Assembly (NCBI GenBank): GCA_045656665.1
Contig: JAZORP010000054.1
Span: 1 to 62,451, forward strand
DNA length: 62,451 bases
Source of the DNA: Acutalibacteraceae bacterium
GTDB lineage: Bacteria > Bacillota > Clostridia > Oscillospirales > Acutalibacteraceae
Direction of reading: 5' to 3'
In this document: in pieces, positions 19,183 to 28,527 of the stretch
Numbering within the stretch: position 1 is the first letter of the stretch
How the letters are laid out: the number at the start of each line of letters is the position of its first letter
The notes under the pieces: generated by a model
Seen by the model: the letters and a program-made list of their open reading frames with translations, nothing else
The model's database searches: none
Told to the model about the DNA's origin: nothing
Position numbers and translations under genes: made by a program

Positions 19183-20316
19183 ATGGACATTTTAAAAGAA
19201 CTCAGCTTCCTCGTAGAAAACATCGCGCAGCTTACAGATTGGCGCTATGTTGTTATGTGGATAATCGGCGGTGTGCTGATTTTCCTTGCCATTCGTTACG
19301 ATATGGAGCCCACACTTCTTCTCCCCTTAGGTTTTGGCACGATTCTTGTTAACATCCCTTTCTCCGGTGCTGTAGGTGAAGAGGGCGCGCTGACCTCCCT
19401 TTTTAACGCGGGTATATCAAACGAACTGTTCCCGCTTATCCTATTTATAGGTATCGGCGCCATGATAGACTTTGGCCCGCTGCTTTCTAACCCGAAGCTT
19501 ATGATGTTCGGCGCGGCAGCCCAATTCGGTATCTTCTTCACGCTTTGCGTGGCTTCTATGTTCTTCGACATTAAAGAAGCTGCATCTATCGGTATTATCG
19601 GCGCGGCAGACGGTCCTACAGCTATCGTTGTTGCTAACAAGCTTTTAGGGTCTGATAATAACATAACCGGTGCCATTATGGTTGCGGCCTACTCTTATAT
19701 GGCACTTGTTCCCATTATTCAGCCCCCCGTCATCAAGCTTTTGACCTCGAAAAAAGAAAGGCTCATCCGTATGCCATATTCGGCAAAGAGTGTTTCCAAA
19801 CTCACAAAGATCCTCTTCCCCATCGTTATCACCGTTATCGCAGGTATAGTTGCCCCGGAATCTGTATCTCTTATCGGCTTCCTTATGTTCGGAAACCTTA
19901 TCCGCGAGTGCGGAGTGCTTAACTCCCTTTCTGACACGGCCCAGAATGTTCTGGCAAACCTCATCACCATTTTCCTCGGCATCACTATCGCTTGTCAAAT
20001 GCAGGCTGAAAAATTCCTGAGACTTGACACCCTACTTATCTTAGGACTCGGTCTTTTTGCTTTTATTTTCGACACAGCTTTCGGTGTTGTGTTTGCAAAA
20101 TTCATTAATATTTTCCTCCCCAAATCTAAGAAAATTAATCCTATGATAGGTGCCGCGGGTATTTCGGCATTCCCCATGTCCGGAAGAGTTGTTCATAAAA
20201 TGGGTCTTGCGGAAGATCCGCAGAACTTCCTGCTTATGCATTCAATCGGCGTAAATGTTTCGGGGCAAATTGCTTCTGTTATCGCCGGCGGTTTAATACT
20301 CAATTTCTTCATCTGA
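19183..20316 (+). CDS. Na+-translocating decarboxylase beta subunit (OadB/GcdB/MmdB family)
   Basis: Polytopic membrane protein; LLLPLGFGTILVNIP and GAADGPTAI patterns of the family; start trimmed to ATG 19183 because the longer ORF runs through the phoU terminator. Confidence 0.88.
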   Translation: MDILKELSFLVENIAQLTDWRYVVMWIIGGVLIFLAIRYDMEPTLLLPLGFGTILVNIPFSGAVGEEGALTSLFNAGISNELFPLILFIGIGAMIDFGPLLSNPKLMMFGAAAQFGIFFTLCVASMFFDIKEAASIGIIGAADGPTAIVVANKLLGSDNNITGAIMVAAYSYMALVPIIQPPVIKLLTSKKERLIRMPYSAKSVSKLTKILFPIVITVIAGIVAPESVSLIGFLMFGNLIRECGVLNSLSDTAQNVLANLITIFLGITIACQMQAEKFLRLDTLLILGLGLFAFIFDTAFGVVFAKFINIFLPKSKKINPMIGAAGISAFPMSGRVVHKMGLAEDPQNFLLMHSIGVNVSGQIASVIAGGLILNFFI

Positions 20317-20330
20317 TAAGGAGAACTGTT

Positions 20331-20471
20331 ATGTCTATAAATTTTGCTGCTTTTATCGCAAGTTTAAAATATCTTGTTGTTGGCATGGTCAGCATCTTCA
20401 TTGTTATCGGTGTAATTATTCTGGTAACAGTGCTACTAAATAAAATATTTTCCTCTAAAAACAAAAATTAA
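20331..20471 (+). CDS. 46-aa single-TM peptide, OadG-like gamma subunit candidate
   Basis: Hand translation gives MSINFAAFIASLKYLVVGMVSIFIVIGVIILVTVLLNKIFSSKNKN; AAGGAGAA SD 7 nt upstream; 14 nt after oadB; not in the ORF track. Confidence 0.5.
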   Translation: MSINFAAFIASLKYLVVGMVSIFIVIGVIILVTVLLNKIFSSKNKN

Positions 20472-20510
20472 CAAATTATTATTTACTCTATCAAACAAAT
20501 AATATATAAT

Positions 20511-20547
20511 AGGCATATAACCTTTGGGGGTTATATGCCTTATTTTT
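20511..20547 (+). terminator. rho-independent terminator
   Basis: AGGCATATAACC / GGTTATATGCCT 12-bp stem followed by TATTTTT. Confidence 0.7.
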
Positions 20548-20564
20548 CAAACGAAGGTGGGTTT

Positions 20565-21713
20565 ATGGAGCTTAACTATAAAAATATTAAAAAGATTCTC
20601 TTAATTATTGCTTTCGGCGCGGTAATTTTTACTGCTGTGCAAAACCTAAGCAGCGTGTGGGCCTTAATTTCCAAAATCTTTTCATATTTTTCTCCCGTTA
20701 TATCGGCGCTTTGTATTGCATTTGTGCTCAATGTTCTGCTCACCGCTCTTGAAACAAAGCTTTTCGACTTTATGAAAAGAAGCCGTAAAAAAATTCTGCA
20801 GCGTCTGCAAAGACCTCTCTGCCTGGTTTTAACATACCTGATAGCCTTCGGGATTGTTGCTTTGCTTATGTTGGTTATCATTCCTGACATCATTGATACC
20901 GTAACCTATCTTGCGGACAAGCTCCCCGGCTTTGTTATTGAGGCGAGAGAATGGCTCGAAGATCTATTGAATAAATTCAATATTAAGCAAACCAATATCC
21001 CCGATATTAAAATTAATTGGGCTGCAATGGCCAATTCTTTTAAGGAATGGCTGCAAGGCTCATCAAGTAAACTTTTCGGTGACGCGGTCAACATCACGAC
21101 TTCGGTTTTCTCAGGCGTGTTTGACACTATTTTCAGCTTTGTTATATCGGTTTATGTTTTAGCTCAAAAGGAAAAAATCGGCCGATTTGTCAGGCGAATG
21201 ATGGATACTTTCTTGCCTAAAAAAGCAACCGAGAAGGTATACTATATATCTTCCAAAACGGCCGACTCATTCTCCCGTTTCATCGGCGGCCAGCTTACCG
21301 AAGCCTTGATTTTGGGAACACTTTGCTTCATAGGTATGAGTATTTTCGGTTTCCCGAACGCGCTTATAATATCTGCGCTTATCGCTGTGACAGCTGTGGT
21401 TCCGATAGTCGGCGCCACCATTGGAGTGGTTATCGGATTTTTGCTTATTGTTATATCAAGCCCCATAAAAGCGCTGCTGTTTATTGTGTTTTTCCTTGTG
21501 CTTCAGCAAATCGAAGGCAACTTTATTTACCCCAAGGTCGTGGGTAAAGCGGTAGGTCTTCCGGGCATCATCGTTGTCGGTGCGGTTTTGGTTGGCGGCA
21601 ACATCGGCGGTGTACTCGGCGCATTGATTGCAGTTCCCACAAGCGCTGTGATATTCACTCTGATAAAGGAAGCTATTTATAAACCTAAAAAAATAGAAGT
21701 TCCGCTTGAATGA
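20565..21713 (+). CDS. AI-2E family transporter (PerM/YhhT, UPF0118)
   Basis: 8-TM profile and QQIEGNFIYPKVVG signature; start trimmed to the ATG after GAAGGTGG. Confidence 0.85.
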   Translation: MELNYKNIKKILLIIAFGAVIFTAVQNLSSVWALISKIFSYFSPVISALCIAFVLNVLLTALETKLFDFMKRSRKKILQRLQRPLCLVLTYLIAFGIVALLMLVIIPDIIDTVTYLADKLPGFVIEAREWLEDLLNKFNIKQTNIPDIKINWAAMANSFKEWLQGSSSKLFGDAVNITTSVFSGVFDTIFSFVISVYVLAQKEKIGRFVRRMMDTFLPKKATEKVYYISSKTADSFSRFIGGQLTEALILGTLCFIGMSIFGFPNALIISALIAVTAVVPIVGATIGVVIGFLLIVISSPIKALLFIVFFLVLQQIEGNFIYPKVVGKAVGLPGIIVVGAVLVGGNIGGVLGALIAVPTSAVIFTLIKEAIYKPKKIEVPLE

Positions 21714-21727
21714 TAGTGATAAAATAG

Positions 21728-21769
21728 AAAACAGTCTGTCCAAGAAGTTCTTGGACAGACTGTTTTTTA
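21728..21769. terminator. bidirectional terminator
   Basis: AAACAGTCTGTCCAAG / CTTGGACAGACTGTTT stem and T-run; between convergent genes. Confidence 0.7.
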
Positions 21770-21780
21770 TGTAATAAAAC

Positions 21781-22425
21781 TTATTTAACTATTTTTACCT
21801 TGGCGCCGTTACCGATTCCAGCTGCATTCGCATCGTCAGTATCGATATGCATCTCTAGGCGGAACGCCTTGTTGACTCTTACCTGAACATCGTAGAATGT
21901 GGTGCGGCGCTCACCGTTCACATCAACAGTGACGCTGTCTCCATCCTTAAGGCCGAAAGCTACGCCCTCATCTTCGCTCATGTGAATATGGCGATTTGCT
22001 ATGATACAGCCCTCTTTGAGTGTGACGGTCCCTTTAGGACCCACAATGGTGATAGGAGCAGAGCCTGCTATATCGCCCGATTCGCGAACAGGCGGCTTTA
22101 CCTTTAACACAAACGAATCTGTGCGTGAAATTTCAACCTGAGAACTTGAACGAACAGGACCCAAAACGCGAACACCCTCAATAGATCTTAAAGAAGGCCC
22201 GATAATGGTCAACTGCTCCTTGCAAGCATACTGACCCGGCTGAGAAAGCTCTTTAAGAGGAGTTAACTCATAACCTTTGCCAAAGAGAACCTCTACATGT
22301 TCTGCGCTTAAATGGATATGGCGGTTGGAAACACCGACCGGAACTGTATTATCACCGGCAACATTTGTGCACTGCGCCATAACACGATTAACGATTTCAG
22401 CCACTAAAGCAGAATCATAAGCCAT
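21781..22425 (-). CDS. pduL: phosphate acyltransferase PduL (BMC-associated phosphotransacylase)
   Basis: Two SNRHIHLS / ANRHIHMS repeats characteristic of PduL; N-terminal amphipathic ALVAEIVNRVMAQ. Confidence 0.9.
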   Translation of the reverse strand: MAYDSALVAEIVNRVMAQCTNVAGDNTVPVGVSNRHIHLSAEHVEVLFGKGYELTPLKELSQPGQYACKEQLTIIGPSLRSIEGVRVLGPVRSSSQVEISRTDSFVLKVKPPVRESGDIAGSAPITIVGPKGTVTLKEGCIIANRHIHMSEDEGVAFGLKDGDSVTVDVNGERRTTFYDVQVRVNKAFRLEMHIDTDDANAAGIGNGAKVKIVK

Positions 22426-22440
22426 AGTTGCACACTCCTT

Positions 22441-23883
22441 TTATATTATGCGGAAGCTGTCAGCCATAACACAGCGACGCTGGCGAGTAAAGCTGCGAGC
22501 AGATGTGATACCCTCTCCGGTAGGCCCTGCGATGGTGAATGTTGCATGACCCTCACCGCCGAAGCCTATACCCGCATAAGAGGGTGCATTTTTAACGAAA
22601 ATAGTGGTCTCAACAGCACGGGCAAAGCGTGAAAGGTGATCTATATTCTTAGAATGCATATGTGCTGTGTGGCGGTTGCCGTGCTCAGCCTTTACGGCAA
22701 GTTCGATAGCCTCATCAATATTATCCACTCGAACGATGGGCAATATCGGCATCATAAGCTCTTCCTGAACAAAGGGATGGTCAAATGAAGCCTCGCAAAT
22801 TATACAGCGAATATCATCGCTTACATTTACACCAATCTTGGAAAGGAGAACTGCAGCGTCACGCCCTACACATTCGCGGCTGACAACCTTTTTAACATTT
22901 CCTTTTTTGTCGGTTTTCTCTACAAGAACAATTTTAGATAAGCGTTCAGCCTGTTCTGCATCTATAAGGTAGGCACCGTTCTTTTTCATAGAAGAAATTA
23001 GCTCATCTGCTATATTGCGGAAAGCGAAAACTTCCTTTTCAGCAATACAAGGCAGGTTGTTATCAAAGGTGCAACCATCGATAATATCTTTACCCGCTTT
23101 AACGATATCAGCAGTGTCATCAACAATTACCGGCGGGTTTCCGGCACCTGCGCCGATGGCCTTCTTGCCAGATGAAAGAACTGCTCTCACAACACCGGGG
23201 CCGCCTGTGCATACAAGCAGACGGATAAGCGGATGCGACTGCATAACAGCGGCAGATTCCATAGTGGGCTTAACCATAGAGCAAACAAGCATTTCAGGAC
23301 CGCCTGCTGCTTTGGAAGCGCGGTTAACAAGATCGACTGCATAGTTCGAAGTGGCAATAGCGTTGGGATGAGGATTGAAAACCACACCGTTGCCCGCGGC
23401 TATCATACCGATACTGTTGCAGATAACGGTTTCACTCGGGTTGGTGCTGGGTGTGATAGAGCCTACCACGCCGAAGGGTGCCATTTCAACAAGTGTTAAA
23501 CCGTTGTCACCAGTGCGCGCGTTGGAAACAATGTCCTCCGTTCCGGGAGTTTTATCAGCCACCAAAATATGTTTGAGGCGCTTGTGATCAACCCTGCCCA
23601 TACCGGTTTCTGCTACGCCGAGCTTTGCCATAATAGGAGCCTCTTCACGGGTTAGGCGCCTGATTTCGGTGATAATTGCCTCGCGTTGCTCAACAGACAT
23701 TGCGCGAACTGCGCGATAACCTGATTCAGCAGCTTTGATAGCATCATTCATATCCTCAAATATACCCACAAATTTACGGCCGCCATATTGTGTGCTGTCC
23801 CAATCCTTTGCGGGGGAGGCTTGCATTTTATCGAGAATCTGGCTTACCACCATGCGAATCTCAGCTTCAGAAATATTAGCCAT
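22441..23883 (-). CDS. CoA-acylating aldehyde dehydrogenase (EutE/PduP family)
   Basis: NNLPCIAEKEV catalytic-Cys region, GAGAGNPP; N-terminal EAEIRMVVSQILDKM extension; start trimmed to ATG 23883. Confidence 0.9.
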   Translation of the reverse strand: MANISEAEIRMVVSQILDKMQASPAKDWDSTQYGGRKFVGIFEDMNDAIKAAESGYRAVRAMSVEQREAIITEIRRLTREEAPIMAKLGVAETGMGRVDHKRLKHILVADKTPGTEDIVSNARTGDNGLTLVEMAPFGVVGSITPSTNPSETVICNSIGMIAAGNGVVFNPHPNAIATSNYAVDLVNRASKAAGGPEMLVCSMVKPTMESAAVMQSHPLIRLLVCTGGPGVVRAVLSSGKKAIGAGAGNPPVIVDDTADIVKAGKDIIDGCTFDNNLPCIAEKEVFAFRNIADELISSMKKNGAYLIDAEQAERLSKIVLVEKTDKKGNVKKVVSRECVGRDAAVLLSKIGVNVSDDIRCIICEASFDHPFVQEELMMPILPIVRVDNIDEAIELAVKAEHGNRHTAHMHSKNIDHLSRFARAVETTIFVKNAPSYAGIGFGGEGHATFTIAGPTGEGITSARSFTRQRRCVMADSFRII

Positions 23884-23888
23884 TAGAA

Positions 23889-25085
23889 TCACTCCTTGCA
23901 AAATTTCGCTGTATCCAGCGCTATCATATACTCCTCATCTGTGGGGATAACAAGTGTTTTAACCCTTGTTCCCTTAGCCGAAATATCAGCCGCACTGCCG
24001 TGCACCGAGGAATTCTTTTCTTCATCAACTGCAATACCGAAAACATCCATATTGTCACAGACCATTCTGCGCATATTATTGTCGTTCTCACCTATACCCG
24101 CTGTGAATACCAAGGCATCGATGCCGTTCATTTCGGCAATATAGCTTCCGATATATTTCTTTATGCTGTTTGCCAGCATCTTTATAGCCAAAGCGGCTCT
24201 CGGGTTGCCCTCAGCGGCAGCCTGCGAAACATTTCTCGCATCATTCGAAAGACCGCTCACACCAAGCAGACCTGACTTTCGGTTGAGCAGATCCTCAACC
24301 TCGTCGACTGTCAAATTTCTCTCTTTCATAATATAAGGGATAACCGTCGGGTCGATAGTTCCGCTGCGGGTGCCCATCGGCACGCCCTCCTGAGGGGTGA
24401 AGCCCATGGAAGTATCTATTGCAACGCCCTTGTCAACAGCGGTGATTGAGGAACCGTTACCCAAGTGGCAAGTGACAATTTTAAGCTCTTCTATCGGCCT
24501 GCCTAAAAGTTCAGCCGCTTTAGCAGAAACATATCTGTGAGAGGTTCCATGGAAACCGTAGCGACGGATTTTATTTTCGGTATAAAGCTCATAAGGAAGA
24601 GCATAAATAGTGCGGAAATCTTCCATTTGAGAATAAAATGAAGTGTCAAACACACCAACCTGGGGCGTATCCTTCATAAGTCTCTTGCAAGCGCGGATGC
24701 CCTTAATAGCCGGAGGTCCGTGCAAGGGATTTATGGGCACGATGGTCTCAAGATAATTTACAACCTCATCATCTATAACCGTGGAGGCTTTATATTTCTC
24801 GCCGCCGTGCGCAATGCGGTGGCCCACAGCGTCAATATCACCGATATCGGCTATAACGCCGTATTCATCATCAACCAACAGATCTAAAACTAATGCTAAG
24901 GCCTCGTCATGGGTAGGAAGATCCACCTCGGCAGCATAATTCTCCTTTTGGGGGCGCTTGTGTGTAATAGTGCCGCCTGCTCCGATACGCTCACAATTTC
25001 CTTTGGCAAGCACATCACCGGTAGTCATATCAAATAATTGATATTTTAAAGAGGAACTGCCGGAATTTATAACAAGTATTTTCAT
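23889..25085 (-). CDS. ackA: acetate/propionate kinase
   Basis: MKILVINSGSSSLKYQLF N-terminus; HGTSHRY; 398 aa. Confidence 0.95.
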   Translation of the reverse strand: MKILVINSGSSSLKYQLFDMTTGDVLAKGNCERIGAGGTITHKRPQKENYAAEVDLPTHDEALALVLDLLVDDEYGVIADIGDIDAVGHRIAHGGEKYKASTVIDDEVVNYLETIVPINPLHGPPAIKGIRACKRLMKDTPQVGVFDTSFYSQMEDFRTIYALPYELYTENKIRRYGFHGTSHRYVSAKAAELLGRPIEELKIVTCHLGNGSSITAVDKGVAIDTSMGFTPQEGVPMGTRSGTIDPTVIPYIMKERNLTVDEVEDLLNRKSGLLGVSGLSNDARNVSQAAAEGNPRAALAIKMLANSIKKYIGSYIAEMNGIDALVFTAGIGENDNNMRRMVCDNMDVFGIAVDEEKNSSVHGSAADISAKGTRVKTLVIPTDEEYMIALDTAKFCKE

Positions 25086-25111
25086 AAAATTCTTCCTTTC
25101 TGACGGAACTC

Positions 25112-25873
25112 TTAGTAAATCAACTCTACATTCTTTTCTTTAAGAAAATCGGTCCATTTTTCACCGGGATCCGAATCTGTCACAACAGTATCAATGCCAC
25201 TTTCTATGTCACATACACGAACAAAAGATATCTTGTCGAATTTTGTGCTGTCAACAGCGAGAACCTTGCGATCGGCAGCGGCAAAAATTGCCTGCTTTAT
25301 TTCAGAATCCCTTTCATTGGAATCTGTTATTCCCATGTTAATGTCTATACCCTTTGAGGAGCAAACCGCAATATTAACGTGAAATCCTCTTATCATCTTC
25401 TCGGCAGAAGCCCCAACTAAAGAAAGTGAGCCCTTTTTCAAGGTGCCACCGGTAGAAAGGATCTTCCAATCGTCCTTATCAGCCAGCTCAAGCAAAATTT
25501 CCACCGAATTTGTTATCAAGGTGATTTTTTTGCGGTTTTTAATATGTTTTATAACGCTCAGCGCGGTTGAGCTTGCATCCAGCATAATATAGTCGCCATC
25601 GTGAATGAGTTCGGCAATTTTTTCGGCAATATGCTTCTTCATCTCAACATTTGCACTTTTGCGAACATTAAAGGGCAAATCAGTATTCACATCCTGATTA
25701 GCAACCGCACCGCCATATGTTTTCTTAGCAAGCCCTTCCTTATCAAGCTTTTCTAAATCTCGACGAATTGTTTCTTCAGTCACATCAAATTCGCGGCTTA
25801 GTTCTGAAACAATAACCTTACCCTCTAGGTTAAGTTTTGTGAGTATCGCATTGCGCCGTTCAATTGCAAGCAT
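25112..25873 (-). CDS. DeoR-family transcriptional regulator
   Basis: N-terminal wHTH (VSELSREFDVTEETIRRDLEKL) plus a DeoR C-terminal sugar-phosphate sensor domain; embedded in the BMC operon. Confidence 0.9.
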   Translation of the reverse strand: MLAIERRNAILTKLNLEGKVIVSELSREFDVTEETIRRDLEKLDKEGLAKKTYGGAVANQDVNTDLPFNVRKSANVEMKKHIAEKIAELIHDGDYIMLDASSTALSVIKHIKNRKKITLITNSVEILLELADKDDWKILSTGGTLKKGSLSLVGASAEKMIRGFHVNIAVCSSKGIDINMGITDSNERDSEIKQAIFAAADRKVLAVDSTKFDKISFVRVCDIESGIDTVVTDSDPGEKWTDFLKEKNVELIY

Positions 25874-25886
25874 TTAGTCACAACCT

Positions 25887-26435
25887 TTACAGAATATTCT
25901 GCCAGAGTTTCTTATCCGGATGAGGTATAATCGCAATATCAAGCAACATTCCGTCTTGGCCGGCGCCCGCTTTTGCGCGGTCGACCGCAGCCTGAACCGC
26001 CGCTATCTCACCTGTCATCAACAGATAGGATTTTCCGCACATACCTCTCGCCAACCTAAGCTCAATAAGATCAACTAGCGCTGTTTTTGCCGCAGTATCA
26101 GCTGCAACCACAGCAGAAGCTGCCGAAAAGGTTTCTATCACGCCCAAAGCATTGGGCTCGCCGATGTCTGTGGCGCCGTAAAGCGCGGTAAATATAGAAT
26201 CATGCGGATTTCCAAGAACAAAGCTGTCTATGAGCTGTTCCGGATCGCTTAGCTTTGCAGCATCTACCGAAGCTCTAACAGCACTCAAAGCTCCGCTTAT
26301 GATAACCAAAAACTTTCCGGGGCATACCGTGTCAGCCTGAATAATATCAACCTCTGCGGTTTTGACCATAAGGTCAGCTGCCCTCATACCGGAGGAAACG
26401 GTTTTAAATTCTACCATTCCTATGGCTTTTTTCAT
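25887..26435 (-). CDS. tandem-BMC-domain shell protein (BMC-T, PduT-like)
   Basis: Two BMC domains (AIGMVEF..., ALGVIETF...); Cys at the pore-loop position of domain 1 (TVCPGK), as in the Fe-S-binding PduT. Confidence 0.85.
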   Translation of the reverse strand: MKKAIGMVEFKTVSSGMRAADLMVKTAEVDIIQADTVCPGKFLVIISGALSAVRASVDAAKLSDPEQLIDSFVLGNPHDSIFTALYGATDIGEPNALGVIETFSAASAVVAADTAAKTALVDLIELRLARGMCGKSYLLMTGEIAAVQAAVDRAKAGAGQDGMLLDIAIIPHPDKKLWQNIL

Positions 26436-26457
26436 GTTTCAGTTCCTCCCAAAGTAA

Positions 26458-27780
26458 TTAGATTATGATAATTGCGCGGTCGGTCACTTCTTTAACCGTT
26501 CCGCTCATCGGAGCGTGGATAGCTACGCTAAGCGCATTCTCTGCAGCTGTAGCAATTACCTGCCCTCTTTCTACTTTATCTCCCGCTTTAACTGCCGCTT
26601 TTGCCGGAGCACCGATGTGCTGCGATAGTAGAACTCGCAGTTTTGAAGACTTGATTTCATCCTCGGTTACGCCAGCTGATTTATTATACGGGTCAAGGCC
26701 CAATCTCGAGCGCAAACGCGAAAGCGCTACCATACGGGTTTCCCTCATAGGGTCTACATTCTTGCTCGAAGTGACCTTTGGCGGTTTGACACCATGCTCT
26801 CTAAGGCCGCCCTTGCATTTTGCAAGAAGAGATCTTGGAGATAACCCCTGCCCACATGAGTAGGTTTCGCAAAGACCGCAACCGGAGCAAAACATTGCAT
26901 TTACATAAGGTGTCACATTATTTGTTATATTATTGGATGCCGCCAACATAAAAGCGCTGGGGTCTATTGGGTGGCCCAATAAGTGGCGCGGGCAAAGCAT
27001 TGTGCAATAACTGCATTGGCAGCATGCCGACATAGCGCGCTTTAAATCAATAGCAGGCTTGCTGAGCTTTTTTTGCACCAAAGGCAGCTCCTTTGGGAGC
27101 ACCAGCACTGCATTTGTTGTTTTTGTGACTACATCATCCGCACTGCCGAGGTTGCCCATCATAGGACCGCCGATTATGTATGCAGGATCGGTGATTGTAA
27201 CTCCGCCGGCCTTGGCTATAAGCTCCCTGAAAGTAATACCTATTGGAGCATAAACCGTCACCGGAGAAGCAACCTCACCCGTAATAGTTACATACTTATG
27301 GGTTACAGGAACACCCTGCATTGCACGGTATACATTATAAACCGTTTCCACATTAAGCACCGTAACTCCTACCGCCTGAGGAATCGATCCTGCTGGCACT
27401 ACCCTTCCGGTGGCCTGATATGTCAGGATAACCTCATCGCCTGCAGGATACATTTCAGGCAAAGTGCAGATTTTCATATTATCAAAGGAAGCAATCTCTG
27501 CTTCAACGGCGGCAACGGTTCTTTTGTAAGAACCTTTGATGCCGATGTAGACTGTTTTTGCCTCCACAGCTTTCGCAAGTTGGTCCAAAGTGCTGAGAAT
27601 CTCATGAGTATACATTTTCAGCACCTGTCTGTGCAGTCTAAGCAAAGGCTCACATTCCGCACAGTTGAGAATTAGCGTGTCAACACTTTTGTCAAGCTTG
27701 GCATAGGTGGGGAAACCCGCTCCGCCTGCGCCAACAATACCATTTTCACGCAGCAATCCTTTAAATTCTTCTATATTCAT
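26458..27780 (-). CDS. PduS/RnfC-like flavo-iron-sulfur oxidoreductase
   Basis: GAGGAGFPT NuoF-like motif; SLBB-like middle; two Cys clusters (CCQCSYCTMLCP, CSGCGLCETYSC); C-terminal RnfC_N-like barrel (HIGAPAKAAVKAGDKVERGQVI...HAPMSGTV). Confidence 0.8.
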   Translation of the reverse strand: MNIEEFKGLLRENGIVGAGGAGFPTYAKLDKSVDTLILNCAECEPLLRLHRQVLKMYTHEILSTLDQLAKAVEAKTVYIGIKGSYKRTVAAVEAEIASFDNMKICTLPEMYPAGDEVILTYQATGRVVPAGSIPQAVGVTVLNVETVYNVYRAMQGVPVTHKYVTITGEVASPVTVYAPIGITFRELIAKAGGVTITDPAYIIGGPMMGNLGSADDVVTKTTNAVLVLPKELPLVQKKLSKPAIDLKRAMSACCQCSYCTMLCPRHLLGHPIDPSAFMLAASNNITNNVTPYVNAMFCSGCGLCETYSCGQGLSPRSLLAKCKGGLREHGVKPPKVTSSKNVDPMRETRMVALSRLRSRLGLDPYNKSAGVTEDEIKSSKLRVLLSQHIGAPAKAAVKAGDKVERGQVIATAAENALSVAIHAPMSGTVKEVTDRAIIII

Positions 27781-28058
27781 GAATGAATCACTCCGGCCAG
27801 TCCGGTTCCGTCATCAATAATACCGACAATAGCTGCATCCACGGGAGAATCCTTCATCCCGCAGCCTATACGCGCAGCACTGCCTGTGGCTACTAAAACC
27901 ATCTCTCCTATACCGGCGCCCACGTTGTCAACAGCGACGATTTTTTCAGAAGGATCGCCCATCTCGGCGATTGGCTCAATAACCATGAACTTACTACCTA
28001 TAAGATTCTCGTTTTTTCGTGTGGAAACAACACTTCCCACAACTTTTCCGATGATCAT
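27777..28058 (-). CDS. BMC vertex pentamer protein (EutN/CcmL/PduN, BMC-P)
   Basis: MIIGKVVGSVVSTRK...VDAAIVGIID pattern; start trimmed to ATG 28058 after AGGTGA. Confidence 0.85.
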   Translation of the reverse strand: MIIGKVVGSVVSTRKNENLIGSKFMVIEPIAEMGDPSEKIVAVDNVGAGIGEMVLVATGSAARIGCGMKDSPVDAAIVGIIDDGTGLAGVIHS

Positions 28059-28144
28059 CGTATTCACCTGATCTTTCGTGAGGTTTGGTGCAACAAATCC
28101 CTGTTGCGATAGAGTCAGCCGCAACAATACCGGCTGGAAATTAA

Positions 28145-28186
28145 GATTTTAAAAGCTTCAGCCGGGGAGGCAAGGGCGCCTCCCCG
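28145..28186 (-). terminator. intra-operon hairpin (partial terminator/attenuator) after the BMC-H genes
   Basis: CGGGGAGGC / GCCTCCCCG 9-bp GC stem, 6-nt loop, then GCUGAAGCUUUUAAAA on the transcript. Confidence 0.45.
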
Positions 28187-28212
28187 TGTTGAGAACTTTC
28201 AGTCTCCTGCTC

Positions 28213-28491
28213 TTATTTAAGAACGGGAAGGATTTTTTCCACATCGTCATGAGGACGCGGAATTACATGTGTAGCAATGATTTCGCCTAAGCGAGAAGCG
28301 GCAGCAGAACCAGCCTCAACAGCAGACTTAACTGCGCCAACATCGCCGCGAACCATAACAGATACCAAGCCGGAGCCGATCTTCTCGGTGCCGATGAGCT
28401 GTACATTAGCGGCTTTGATCATTGCATCAGCAGCCTCAATTGCAGCTACTAAACCTCTGGTTTCAACCATACCTAATGCTTCAAGTGCCAT
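28213..28491 (-). CDS. BMC hexamer shell protein (BMC-H, PduA/EutM-like)
   Basis: [24 protein letters not shown]...[19 protein letters not shown]...HVIPRPH. Confidence 0.95.
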   Translation of the reverse strand: MALEALGMVETRGLVAAIEAADAMIKAANVQLIGTEKIGSGLVSVMVRGDVGAVKSAVEAGSAAASRLGEIIATHVIPRPHDDVEKILPVLK

Positions 28492-28527
28492 TGTTATATC
28501 CTCCTAATTATTTAATGGATTACAAAC

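Noticed and set aside
27073-27675. 200-aa ORF on the + strand
   Set aside because: It is antisense to the PduS/RnfC-like gene. The translation is His/Arg/Cys-rich with no recognisable features and there is no SD.
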